A DNA stretch of 63,131 bases from Patescibacteria group bacterium (GTDB taxonomy: Bacteria > Patescibacteriota > Minisyncoccia > Phycocordibacterales > WO2-35-19): positions 1 through 63,131 of the forward strand of contig JBBTSI010000010.1 in assembly GCA_038064735.1 (NCBI GenBank), in the 5' to 3' direction. How positions within the stretch are numbered: the first letter of the stretch is position 1; every line of letters begins with the position of its first letter. Of this stretch, positions 38,228 through 47,268 are shown piece after piece. Both the position numbers and the translations under genes were made by a program. The notes under the pieces are model-generated. The model saw only the letters and a list, made by a program, of their open reading frames with translations, searched no databases and was not told the origin of the DNA.

Positions 38228-38677
38228 TTATGGACAAATAGTACTATCAGGATCAGGTGTTCCTGTAAGTTTCTCAGAAGCTCCTGTGTTGTCTACACAC
38301 CAATACTCGGTATCAGAATAAAGCGTAGCTTTAACAGCATAAGCTCTAGAAGTTGAATTACATGTTAAATCAGAAAAATCAGGTAATACCCCAGCTGCTA
38401 TAGTTGCGCCTGGACTACCATTTGAAGCATCAAAGTTATTAAACATACCTTCTCCACAACTACTTGCATCCCCATAACCACTATTAGATGAAAAATAAAT
38501 CTGTGCTGCTGTTCTAAACTGATTGAGTTGTTGAGTTATCTTTGAATCATAAGCTTTAGCTTGAGATTGAGAAAGACTGGTTAATACAACAGTAGCTAAT
38601 ATACCTATAATAGCAATGACCACCAAAAGTTCGATGAGTGTGAAGCCTTTTAAAAATTCTGCTTTATTTATTTTCAT
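38228..38677 (-). CDS. type IV pilin paralogue 3
   Basis: KGFTLIELLVVIAIIG motif; 149 aa; divergent C-terminal domain. Confidence 0.85.
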   Translation of the reverse strand: MKINKAEFLKGFTLIELLVVIAIIGILATVVLTSLSQSQAKAYDSKITQQLNQFRTAAQIYFSSNSGYGDASSCGEGMFNNFDASNGSPGATIAAGVLPDFSDLTCNSTSRAYAVKATLYSDTEYWCVDNTGASEKLTGTPDPDSTICP

Positions 38678-38703
38678 ATTATTATATTTTTATAAAAAGT
38701 TAA

Positions 38704-39915
38704 TTAAGAAACACCACCAGCTATATTGTATATAGGCATAAGGACGGAAGCAAGGAGAATACCAACACCAATACCGAGCGCCACTATCATAATAGGTTCT
38801 ATCATACCCACCAAAGTATCCACAGCATTCATCACTTCTCTTTGATAAAATTTGGACATAGTCTTGAGAATAGTCCCCAACTCTCCAGTTTCTTCTCCCA
38901 CCTTTACCATCTGAGTCAATATACTTGGTATTTCTTTCCTATCTCCAAGAGCTGCTGAAAGGGCTTGCCCAGCTTTAACTTTAACCAAAGCATCATCCAA
39001 AATACCTTTGTATGTTTGATTTTCTATGATTGAAGAAGTGACTTCAATCGCTTTGAGCATTGGTATGCCGGACACAATCATGGTACTCATATTGTCGGAA
39101 AAACGAGAAAGATAAAGTTTACGATAAAGATCACCAACAAAAGGGATATAAAGTCTAGCATTGGAAATCCATTTTGAACCTTCTTCGGTCCTCGAATACC
39201 AAATAAAACCGGCAACCAAACCAGCTAGCCCAATAAGCATCATTATCCAGTTATTGACAAACAAATCAGATACCCAAAAAACTATTTTGGTATAAAGAGG
39301 GATTTCCTGGCCGGATTCTTTGATTATCACTCCGATTTTCGGCACGATGACAGTAAACATAAGCACCATAACAGAAATAAAAGTAAAGATAACGAAAGCC
39401 GGATAGATAAGGGCGTTTTTGGCCTTGGAGGTTACTTCATAAGTACGATCCATATAATCAGCCAGATAAGCAAAAGTTTGATCTATGTGTCCAGACTCTT
39501 CTCCAGCTTTAACCATATTGACATAAAAATTGGAAAATATTTTGGGATGTTTAGAAAGAGCGGCTGAAATAAAAGCTCCACCTTGCAAATCATCTACCAC
39601 TTCAAGAAGACATTTCCTTAAAGTCGGATTTTCCGCTTCGGTACCGATAAGTTTGAAAATTTTGAGAGCAGAAACTTGCGCTTCAAAGAGAGTCGACATC
39701 TGTCTAGAAAGGATGACGATATCTTTGTTGCTGACTTTATTAAAAAACGGTATCTTTTTTAAAATATCACCATCATCTTCTTGTTTAGGTTTGACCGAAG
39801 AAACTACCAGTCCCCTTTTTTGTAAGTTAACAATGGCGGCATCCATACTGAAAGCTTCTACTTCTCCTTCTTCCCTTCTGCCTTCTTTGTTTATGGTTTT
39901 ATATGTAAAAAGCAT
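38704..39915 (-). CDS. pilC: type IV pilus platform protein PilC (GspF family)
   Basis: 403 aa; duplicated GspF-type domains; three TM segments. Confidence 0.88.
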   Translation of the reverse strand: MLFTYKTINKEGRREEGEVEAFSMDAAIVNLQKRGLVVSSVKPKQEDDGDILKKIPFFNKVSNKDIVILSRQMSTLFEAQVSALKIFKLIGTEAENPTLRKCLLEVVDDLQGGAFISAALSKHPKIFSNFYVNMVKAGEESGHIDQTFAYLADYMDRTYEVTSKAKNALIYPAFVIFTFISVMVLMFTVIVPKIGVIIKESGQEIPLYTKIVFWVSDLFVNNWIMMLIGLAGLVAGFIWYSRTEEGSKWISNARLYIPFVGDLYRKLYLSRFSDNMSTMIVSGIPMLKAIEVTSSIIENQTYKGILDDALVKVKAGQALSAALGDRKEIPSILTQMVKVGEETGELGTILKTMSKFYQREVMNAVDTLVGMIEPIMIVALGIGVGILLASVLMPIYNIAGGVS

Positions 39916-39917
39916 GG

Positions 39918-40967
39918 TTATAACATTTTTTCCAGAGACCTTGGATTGGTGGAATAAAGATAAGCATTTTCAATACTGATTTCGCCTTTATTTACCTTTT
40001 CAACCAAACATCTGTTGAAATCAATCATACCATCTCCAGAACTGGTTTCGATAATGGTGTTTAATTCGTGAGTACGTTTGTCGCGGATAAGATTGGAAAC
40101 AGCAGTGTTGTTTATCAAAAGTTCATAAGCCGGAGTAAGACCGCCTGATATTTTAGGGATAAGTCTTTGGGAAAAGATGCCGGAAAGTGAAGCCGCGAGT
40201 TGGATACGAATCTGATTTTGTTGAGTAGCATCAAATGAGTCTATGATACGATCGACAGTTTGAGCCGCATTGTTGGTGTGCAAAGTAGAAAATACCAAGT
40301 GACCGGTCTCGGCAGCAGATACGGCGGCAGACATAGTCTCGGCATCCCTCATCTCCCCTACCATAAGCACATTGATATCAGCCCTGAAAGCATCTCGGAG
40401 AGCCACTGCAAAACTCGGTGTGTCCATACCAACTTCCCTTTGGAAAATAATAGATTTTTTGGAATCAAATTGATATTCTATCGGGTCTTCAATGGTAATT
40501 ATGTTTTCTAACCTTTCTTCATTTATAGTCTGAACAAGAGAAGCTAAAGTAGTCGATTTGCCGTGACCAGTCGGGCCAACTACCAAAAAGAATCCCGATT
40601 TTAATCTGGCAAAATTATTCAAACTTTCCGGAAGATTTAATTCTTCAATGGTAGGTATATTTTTAGCAATATGCCTTAAAGTCAGACATATCTTGCGTTG
40701 TTCCAAAAACACATGAGCCCTAAACCTCTCCCCTTTGTGAGCATAAGCAAAATCGGCGCTTTGAGAAGTCTCGAAAGTATTTTGTTTCAAATCAGAAAGA
40801 GTTTTCTTTAAAATATCCTCCATATCCGCTTTGGTCGATTTTGAATATTTGGTAAGAGGCACCAACTGGCTGGCAATCCTGATGTAAGGAATCCTATCTT
40901 CAGAAAGATGCAAGTCCGAAGCACCTTCTTTAATTACAAGTTCTATGAGTGTATCTAAATCTTCCAT
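39918..40967 (-). CDS. pilT: twitching-motility retraction ATPase PilT
   Basis: 349 aa; Walker A GPTGHGKSTT; Asp box and His box typical of PilT. Confidence 0.88.
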   Translation of the reverse strand: MEDLDTLIELVIKEGASDLHLSEDRIPYIRIASQLVPLTKYSKSTKADMEDILKKTLSDLKQNTFETSQSADFAYAHKGERFRAHVFLEQRKICLTLRHIAKNIPTIEELNLPESLNNFARLKSGFFLVVGPTGHGKSTTLASLVQTINEERLENIITIEDPIEYQFDSKKSIIFQREVGMDTPSFAVALRDAFRADINVLMVGEMRDAETMSAAVSAAETGHLVFSTLHTNNAAQTVDRIIDSFDATQQNQIRIQLAASLSGIFSQRLIPKISGGLTPAYELLINNTAVSNLIRDKRTHELNTIIETSSGDGMIDFNRCLVEKVNKGEISIENAYLYSTNPRSLEKML

Positions 40968-41050
40968 CCCGTTAGAAATTAATTTGTTTGTTAATAATAT
41001 TTTTAATTTTTGTAAGCATAATATTTTTTGTTATTTCTAACGGGATCCAT
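40963..41050 (-). mobile_element. MITE-like inverted-repeat element, copy E3, with ATGGA duplication
   Basis: Gene strand: ATGGA-T-CCCGTTAGAAAT ... ATTTCTAACGGG-ATGGA. The proximal ATG is the pilT start. The distal ATG lies 1 nt after the stop of the response-regulator gene. Confidence 0.75.
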
Positions 41051-41051
41051 T

Positions 41052-41450
41052 TTATTTTCGAGAATCTTCAATAATTTTAATAATTTCACTCACTACTTCC
41101 GATGGTGTAGCGGCTGATTTGACGATATAACCAGAAATACCATATTGCTTGGCTTCGGTAATATCTTTTTCATCACTTTGGTTGGTAAGCATCACTACAG
41201 GCGTACCTTCAGCCAATTTGTCTTGACGGATCTGCTTGAGAGCTTCTAGACCTGTCATACCAGGCATCACAATATCCAAAAGAATAAGATCTGTTTTGGC
41301 TCCCGCTTGCAATTTTTCAATCAAAGCTCCTGCTGACTTGTAAGCTTCCACTGCCACATCACTACCACTAAACTTGGTCGCATACATATTGACCAAAAAA
41401 TCATCGTCATCAATCAACATTATTTTATATTTTTTTTCTTCTTCAGTCAT
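41052..41450 (-). CDS. single-domain response regulator (CheY/PilH-like receiver)
   Basis: KIMLIDDDDF...LILLDIVMPGMTGLE...MLTNQSD...KSA receiver motifs. Confidence 0.85.
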   Translation of the reverse strand: MTEEEKKYKIMLIDDDDFLVNMYATKFSGSDVAVEAYKSAGALIEKLQAGAKTDLILLDIVMPGMTGLEALKQIRQDKLAEGTPVVMLTNQSDEKDITEAKQYGISGYIVKSAATPSEVVSEIIKIIEDSRK

Positions 41451-41467
41451 ATTATTATAATTATTTA

Positions 41468-43228
41468 TTAAAAACTATTATATTCTTCATAAGGAATCAC
41501 TTTGTTGAAAGCTTTCACCAAAGCATCATCTTTCATAGTAAGCATACCATTGGTCCTAGCATATTTCCAAATTTCCTGTTCAGTCGCATTTTTAAGAATA
41601 ATACTTTCCAGTTCTTTGTTCATTTCGAGCACTTCCATAATAGCTACACGGCCTTTTATACCACTTGGGCAATCAGGTACCGGAGCGATCTCGTAAACTT
41701 CTTTACCAAATGGAATTTCTTTTTTATAGACTTCGGGTAAATCAGAAAGTTGCTTGTCAAACATCATTTTCATACTGGCATCAACTGGGATTGGTTTGCC
41801 GGCACCCGGGTAAAACGATCTGGCGAGTCTCTGAGCAATAGCCAAAATCAAAGTCGGAGCAATAAGGTAAGGATCTACGCCCATATCAATAAGGCGCGGG
41901 ATCACGCCAATAGCATTGTTGGTGTGGATAGTAGAAAATACCAAGTGACCAGTAAGAGCAGCCTGGATAGCCAATTGAGCAGTTTCTTTATCTCGAATCT
42001 CACCCACCATTATGATGTCAGGGTCCTGACGCAAAGTAGTACGAAGTCCTGAAGCAAAGGTATAACCGATTTCTGGCATCACCTGAGACTGGCTCATACC
42101 CTCCATGTTGTATTCAACTGGGTCTTCCAAAGAAAGAACGTTTTTGTGGTCTCTATCAACTTCATTCATCATTGAATACAAAGTAGTGGATTTACCGGAA
42201 CCAGTCGGACCAGAGATAAGTATAAGACCATAAGGCCTGTCTATGGCTCGCATAATCTGATCCAAATTTTTCTTAGAAAGCCCTAACTCGCTCAATTTTT
42301 TGATGCCTTTTTCTTGGTCTAAAATACGGATCACGACTTTTTCACCGAAAGTAGTGGGAAAAGTGGAAACACGGAAATCTACTTTCCTTTCGTTTAATTT
42401 GGCACTGAAACGTCCGTCTTGTGGCTTCCTTTTTTCGTCCAGCCTCATATTGGATATAATCTTTATCCTAGCGACCACAGCACTATGCACTCTGAAAGGC
42501 AAAACTATACTCGTATTCATAACACCATCAACTCTAAAACGGATTCTGACATTGGAAACAGTAGGCTCTATATGGATGTCTGAAGCTCTGCCGTCAATAG
42601 CATATCGGAGTATGGTAGCGACGATTTTGGTGACTGGTGCGTTATCGATAACTTTGGCACCTTTGCCTTCAACCGCAGATAAGTCGTTTTCACTCTCCTC
42701 TTCTGTTTTTTTAATTAATTTTTCTTTTGATTCTTCCTTTTCTCCTTTAGGCCCACCTACAAACTCTGTTTCCAGTTCTGTGAGAGCTTTGGTCACCTCG
42801 CCAGAGAGACCTTTATACAAATTTATAATTTTATTAAAATCATCTTGAGCTATGATGAATGTTTTAAAAGGTAAATTGATTTTTGAAGATATAAAATTCA
42901 ACGCATCGCGCGCCGCGATATCATCAGGATTAACAACACCAATATTCAAAACCCCATTTTCCATCCCTATGGGGACAAAACCGTAATACACCGCCGCTTC
43001 TTCCGGCACATAATCAAGTAATTTAGAATCAACTTGAGAAATATCGATTTTCTTTACGGGCATAGTGAAGTAGTCAGATTTAGCTCTTAAAATATCTTCT
43101 GCACTTACACCAAAAGACGATAGAGTCTCTTCAATATTTTCTCCAGAAGCTTCACTCTTCTCTTTTATTGAGGAGAGGTCTTTAGCTTCAATTATACCCT
43201 GTTTTACAAGAACATCTAAAAGACTCAT
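41468..43228 (-). CDS. pilB: type IV pilus assembly ATPase PilB (GspE family)
   Basis: 586 aa; N-terminal GSPII_E_N-like domain; Walker A GPTGSGKSTT. Confidence 0.9.
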   Translation of the reverse strand: MSLLDVLVKQGIIEAKDLSSIKEKSEASGENIEETLSSFGVSAEDILRAKSDYFTMPVKKIDISQVDSKLLDYVPEEAAVYYGFVPIGMENGVLNIGVVNPDDIAARDALNFISSKINLPFKTFIIAQDDFNKIINLYKGLSGEVTKALTELETEFVGGPKGEKEESKEKLIKKTEEESENDLSAVEGKGAKVIDNAPVTKIVATILRYAIDGRASDIHIEPTVSNVRIRFRVDGVMNTSIVLPFRVHSAVVARIKIISNMRLDEKRKPQDGRFSAKLNERKVDFRVSTFPTTFGEKVVIRILDQEKGIKKLSELGLSKKNLDQIMRAIDRPYGLILISGPTGSGKSTTLYSMMNEVDRDHKNVLSLEDPVEYNMEGMSQSQVMPEIGYTFASGLRTTLRQDPDIIMVGEIRDKETAQLAIQAALTGHLVFSTIHTNNAIGVIPRLIDMGVDPYLIAPTLILAIAQRLARSFYPGAGKPIPVDASMKMMFDKQLSDLPEVYKKEIPFGKEVYEIAPVPDCPSGIKGRVAIMEVLEMNKELESIILKNATEQEIWKYARTNGMLTMKDDALVKAFNKVIPYEEYNSF

Positions 43229-43251
43229 AATCTAAAAATATTTATTGAAAT

Positions 43252-43533
43252 TTAAATCTCCAAGAAAGGATTTTCCCTTCCAACAGGCAGAGATATCAAA
43301 GGAGTTTCAATACTCTTAAGAGATTTGAATTTTTGATCCTCTATTATACCTGTATCAAATTTTATATTTTCGACCTGTTGCAACAAAGCTTCCACTCTCG
43401 CGCTAGCTGTAGCATTTTCATCAATAGAAGAAGTATCACTTGGTGGTGCAAGCATAACTTTATAAGCTACAATCAAAAGCCCTACAAGTACTAGGCCCAA
43501 AATAATAGATCTTTTATTTTTTGAATCTTTCAT
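43252..43533 (-). CDS. small membrane-anchored protein in the pilus operon (PilP-like position)
   Basis: 93 aa, one TM helix; location only. Confidence 0.4.
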   Translation of the reverse strand: MKDSKNKRSIILGLVLVGLLIVAYKVMLAPPSDTSSIDENATASARVEALLQQVENIKFDTGIIEDQKFKSLKSIETPLISLPVGRENPFLEI

Positions 43534-43600
43534 CCCGTTAGAAATTTATTATATTTTAACATTTTTTTAAATTTCCCATTAGATTTCTAACGGGATTCAT
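43529..43600 (-). mobile_element. MITE-like inverted-repeat element, copy E4 (shortest), with ATGAA duplication
   Basis: Gene strand: ATGAA-T-CCCGTTAGAAAT ... ATTTCTAACGGG-ATGAA. The proximal ATG is the start of the 93-aa gene. Confidence 0.75.
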
Positions 43601-43602
43601 GT

Positions 43603-44145
43603 TTATTTAAGCCAATAAGTTACAAATTTCACCTCATACTTATAAATATTACCTTTTTGAGCACTCAAACTCATAGACTTTATATCCAAAATTCTCATAC
43701 TTTTTTCCAAATCGTCCATAAAAGAGTTGAAATTATCATATGAAGCTTCGAAAGAAAATCCGACAGTGGCTGAATTAAGAGAATTTGAAGTTTTGGCTTC
43801 TGTATTTGCATCTCCAGATGGGGAATTTAAGTTTTCTGAAGATATATTACTTATCGATATACCATGATTTGCCGCTACTGCATCAATTTGAGAAACCAAT
43901 CTCACGAAATCAAAAGAACTTGGTAAAAGAGTATCAATCTCTTTTTTTTCTTCAACAGATATGTTATTAAACTTAGTTAACAATTCTTTTTTGGTATTTT
44001 CAATGTTGTTTATCGTTTCTAGAGAATCATTGTATTGCTGTTTCTTATCCATAAGAGCTGTCAAATCTCCCATTGGGGAATAAATAAAAGCATACCCTAT
44101 GGAGAGTGAAAGTATTACGTATGCAAGTATTGAAATTGAGCTCAT
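43603..44145 (-). CDS. pilO: PilO-like pilus assembly protein
   Basis: 180 aa; N-terminal TM, coiled coil, C-terminal globular part; gene order pilM-N-O. Confidence 0.5.
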   Translation of the reverse strand: MSSISILAYVILSLSIGYAFIYSPMGDLTALMDKKQQYNDSLETINNIENTKKELLTKFNNISVEEKKEIDTLLPSSFDFVRLVSQIDAVAANHGISISNISSENLNSPSGDANTEAKTSNSLNSATVGFSFEASYDNFNSFMDDLEKSMRILDIKSMSLSAQKGNIYKYEVKFVTYWLK

Positions 44146-44158
44146 TTTATAAAATAAA

Positions 44159-44731
44159 TTATGGATTATATGTCGCTATCTGAGGGTCAACAGAAATATT
44201 AAAATCAAAAGAAACCATACCTTTATCATCCAAAGACAAACCTGAAACAACTACTGATTTAAAATCTTTATTCTGAAAAAGTACGTTTTCTTGCAAAGCG
44301 ATACTGGCATAATTTGCAGCTTTACCTTTTAAATTTACGGTAAGGCTATTATTTTTAATATCACCGTAATTAAAATTGGAAAATTGAACCGTACTAACAG
44401 TTGAGGAAGATAAAGCACCCAAAAAGTTTGAAACCACTTGGTGTTTCAAAACTATAGATTTGGCCATTTGCAGTTTTTGAGCAAATTGAACCATCTCACC
44501 AATGGTTTTTTTATCAATACTTTTTTCTGCCTCTGAAAGTTGAGATTCTAGGGCCTGAATCTCATTTTTTAATATCCCTTTATAAACATAGACACCGACA
44601 GAAACGATTATTGATGTGACAAACAAAGAAACAGCCAAAATACCGACAAAACCAGTCTTTTTGGTTTTGAACATTTTTTCATCGGTCATTGGCTCTTTCG
44701 GAATAAATGATGATTGGAAATTTGGTGCCAT
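44159..44731 (-). CDS. pilN: PilN-like pilus assembly protein
   Basis: 190 aa; short cytoplasmic N-terminus, one TM, periplasmic-type domain; position after pilM. Confidence 0.5.
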   Translation of the reverse strand: MAPNFQSSFIPKEPMTDEKMFKTKKTGFVGILAVSLFVTSIIVSVGVYVYKGILKNEIQALESQLSEAEKSIDKKTIGEMVQFAQKLQMAKSIVLKHQVVSNFLGALSSSTVSTVQFSNFNYGDIKNNSLTVNLKGKAANYASIALQENVLFQNKDFKSVVVSGLSLDDKGMVSFDFNISVDPQIATYNP

Positions 44732-44794
44732 AATTTAAAAGTAATTATACCTTAAAATTATTTGCAAGTGTAAGAAAAATTGTTAATTACTTTT

Positions 44795-44823
44795 AAAAAA
44801 CCTCCCCCCCACCCCACCTTCCC
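44795..44823. repeat. C-rich terminal repeat (AAAAAACCTCCCCCCCACCCCACCTTCCC), left end of the pilM/pilN cassette
   Basis: Imperfect inverted match to 45320-45345 (AAAAACCTCCC...CACCCC); a four-tract G-run motif on the minus strand. Confidence 0.5.
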
Positions 44824-44835
44824 ATTGTTCAAGTG

Positions 44836-44879
44836 AGAAAAAACAAAAAACGCCGTACTCTTGCGAGTCGTGCGTTTTG
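44836..44879 (-). terminator. Rho-independent terminator after the 105-aa cassette ORF
   Basis: Minus strand AACGCACGACTC-GCAA-GAGTACGGCGTT (GNRA loop, two bulges) followed by TTTTTGTTTTTT. Confidence 0.65.
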
Positions 44880-44902
44880 TTGAAAGTTTTTGCAGTCTCT
44901 CG

Positions 44903-45220
44903 TTATTTTGAAGGAAGTAGTCTTTTGGTAATTTCCGGATCTTTTTTGTTTATTTCTTCTTGCTTTGCAAAGACTGGAAATGCTCCTGGCCAGCGGTTTC
45001 CTAGAGGTTTACCCTCAATGTCGTATGCCACTTTTCCTTTACGTTTAGTTTTCCAGCCGACATTGTCCCATGAACTCCCCGTAATAAACAGAAAATCTCG
45101 TGGGCCCCCAATCATTGAGTCTGATTGATCGACATTATCAGCATTAGTTATAAAAACCTCATCGGACTGTCTTTCAGGGTGATTCCGATTGAAATCACCT
45201 TTTTTGTTTGAAGTGTTCAT
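44903..45220 (-). CDS. hypothetical protein in a GC-richer cassette between pilM and pilN
   Basis: 105-aa ORF with its own terminator; a competing plus-strand ORF (44877-45128) has no such signals. Confidence 0.45.
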   Translation of the reverse strand: MNTSNKKGDFNRNHPERQSDEVFITNADNVDQSDSMIGGPRDFLFITGSSWDNVGWKTKRKGKVAYDIEGKPLGNRWPGAFPVFAKQEEINKKDPEITKRLLPSK

Positions 45221-45295
45221 CTTTTAATCCTCCCTTTTTATTAGAACAACCTCTTTACATTATACACCCAAACGATATAAAAGTCAACTTTTTTG

Positions 45296-45361
45296 TTCCT
45301 GTCTTCCCCCTCCTGAGCAAGGAGGGGGTGGCCGAAGGCCGAGGGAGGTTTTTCTAATCAA
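45296..45361. repeat. GC-rich hairpin / G-tract element (right end of the cassette)
   Basis: CCCCCTCC-tgagcaa-GGAGGGGG, GGCC-gaa-GGCC, GAGGGAGGTTTTT, GGGGTGGG. Confidence 0.6.
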
Positions 45362-45373
45362 ATGGGGTGGGTT

Positions 45374-46483
45374 TTACAACTCCTGCAAACAACGGAGGGC
45401 AGCACCAACAGCGACGGTGAATTCGGGGCCGGTTTCTTTGAGAACATTTTCGAGAAAAGCTGGTACTTCTACTTTTTCAAATGGATTACCAGCGATAACT
45501 TCAACTTTAAAATTTTGAGCAGCCAAATCACGGAAACCTTTGAGAGCTGATCCACCACCGGTCAAAAATACCGATTTGATATTTTCGTTCGTCTTTTTTT
45601 GGAAATCAAAAAGGAACCTATTGGCTTCAGAAAATACGTTGGAAGCAATGACAGAAACCGCTTCGGATAGATCGATCCCCTCTTTGGTCACACCCATACC
45701 AATAGATCTTTTCATTACTTCTGCATCTTCCACAGAAACATTCAAAATCCTAGCAATATTGGCGGTAATTTCTTGAGAACCGGTGTTTATCGTATGTGAT
45801 TTATAAATAAGCCCACGGTCTATGATGTAAAGTTTGGTGGTAGAAGCTCCCATATCAAAAATCATAACCGGACCTTGTACTCCTTCCAAAACCGCACGGA
45901 TGGTACTGAAAACCTCTATTTCAAAAAATCTGGTGGACAAACCGGTTCTTTCGGTTATGTCTTTATATTGTTTAATGATGTTGTTATGAATAGCAACCAA
46001 GAGGATATCAACGGTTTTTATTTTGCTTTCATTTTTACCACTCCCAACAACAATTTCATTATTATCTCTTTTAGGAACAATAGACCAGTCAATCGTCACG
46101 TCGGAAATCGGCACTGGGATATATTTGCGGGCTTCAATATTTACCATAGTACCCATTTCTTTCTCCCCCACATCGGGCATTTGTATAATAGATAAGAGTG
46201 ACGCTTTGAAAGGAATAGCAAAACCGCAAGTTTTGGTCGTCAAAGCCACTTCCTTTTCGGAAAGCAAATCACCAACTGCCTGCGCTATTTTATCGGTAGA
46301 CAAATTAGTAGATTGACCGATAGAAACGCCACCATAAGAACCCAAAGAAAGTTCACCATAAGTTTCGAGTATAGCTTTATCACCTTTCTTTTTAAGCTGA
46401 ACTACTTTGATAGAAGAGGAGCCGATATCGATGCCCAAAGCACTAATAGTCTTCTTTTTAAAAATATCGGAAAAGAAACTCAT
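45374..46483 (-). CDS. pilM: type IV pilus assembly protein PilM (actin-like ATPase fold)
   Basis: 369 aa; ALGIDIGSSSIKVVQL... and FDMGASTT... phosphate motifs. Confidence 0.85.
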   Translation of the reverse strand: MSFFSDIFKKKTISALGIDIGSSSIKVVQLKKKGDKAILETYGELSLGSYGGVSIGQSTNLSTDKIAQAVGDLLSEKEVALTTKTCGFAIPFKASLLSIIQMPDVGEKEMGTMVNIEARKYIPVPISDVTIDWSIVPKRDNNEIVVGSGKNESKIKTVDILLVAIHNNIIKQYKDITERTGLSTRFFEIEVFSTIRAVLEGVQGPVMIFDMGASTTKLYIIDRGLIYKSHTINTGSQEITANIARILNVSVEDAEVMKRSIGMGVTKEGIDLSEAVSVIASNVFSEANRFLFDFQKKTNENIKSVFLTGGGSALKGFRDLAAQNFKVEVIAGNPFEKVEVPAFLENVLKETGPEFTVAVGAALRCLQEL

Positions 46484-46592
46484 CCCGTTAGAAATAGGAA
46501 ATTACATGCTCTATGCATGCTTTTCCTATTGTGATTAAATAATAATATAAATTACTCATTTTTTAATTTCCGCTATTTCTAACGGGACTCAT
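46479..46592 (-). mobile_element. MITE-like inverted-repeat element, copy E5, with ATGAG(T) duplication
   Basis: Gene strand: ATGAGT-CCCGTTAGAAAT-agc-GGAAATT ... AATTTCC-t-ATTTCTAACGGG-ATGAGT. The proximal ATG is the pilM start. Confidence 0.78.
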
Positions 46593-46611
46593 AAGGTATT
46601 ATTATAGCATA

Positions 46612-47268
46612 ATGATTTTATCTGGGATAATCAAGAAAATTTTAGAAATTGTGCAAAACGTTTTGGTGCCGGAAAATACCCAAATCCAAAAGCTTTTAAA
46701 TATGCCAACTGGAACATTGCGCGAACTTTTGCCCAAATCACCGGTATATTCAAAAGATATTTTCGTGCTTTTTGACTATCAAAACAAAATCGTCCGCAAT
46801 TTAGTCAAATCAATAAAATATAAAAATAATACAAATTTGCGAAAACTCTTGGCCAAATTTTTGTATGAAGAAATATTAGATATCTCGATGGAAGTGGCAC
46901 TTTTTGAAGGTAGGATGCCACTGCTCGTGCCTATGCCGATGAGTAGACTGGAAAAAAAGAAAAGAGGTTTTAACCAATGCGAAGAACTTTGCCAAGAAAT
47001 CAAAAAACTGGGCGGTGAAAATATCACTGTTTCTTACAACACCCTCAAAAAAATCCGCGAAACCGAAAGACAAGCGACTCTTGACCGAAAACAAAGAGAA
47101 CAAAATGTGAAAAATTCAATGTCAGTCCAATGTCCAACGATGGGTAAAATTAAAACTGTAATAGTTTTAGATGATGTTTTCACTACCGGTGCTACTCTCG
47201 CTGAAGCCCGCCGAGCTCTCCTCTCTGCCGGCGCCCGCCGTGTCATCGGCGTTTTCATCGCACATTGA
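46612..47268 (+). CDS. comF: ComF-family phosphoribosyltransferase-domain protein
   Basis: C-terminal VIVLDDVFTTGATLAEA PRTase motif; ComFC-like length. Confidence 0.75.
   Translation: MILSGIIKKILEIVQNVLVPENTQIQKLLNMPTGTLRELLPKSPVYSKDIFVLFDYQNKIVRNLVKSIKYKNNTNLRKLLAKFLYEEILDISMEVALFEGRMPLLVPMPMSRLEKKKRGFNQCEELCQEIKKLGGENITVSYNTLKKIRETERQATLDRKQREQNVKNSMSVQCPTMGKIKTVIVLDDVFTTGATLAEARRALLSAGARRVIGVFIAH

Noticed and set aside
44877-45128. 83-aa plus-strand ORF in the pilM/pilN cassette
   Set aside because: It competes with the 105-aa minus-strand ORF, which is co-oriented with the locus and followed by a good terminator. The plus-strand ORF has no comparable signals. Neither can be proven from sequence alone.
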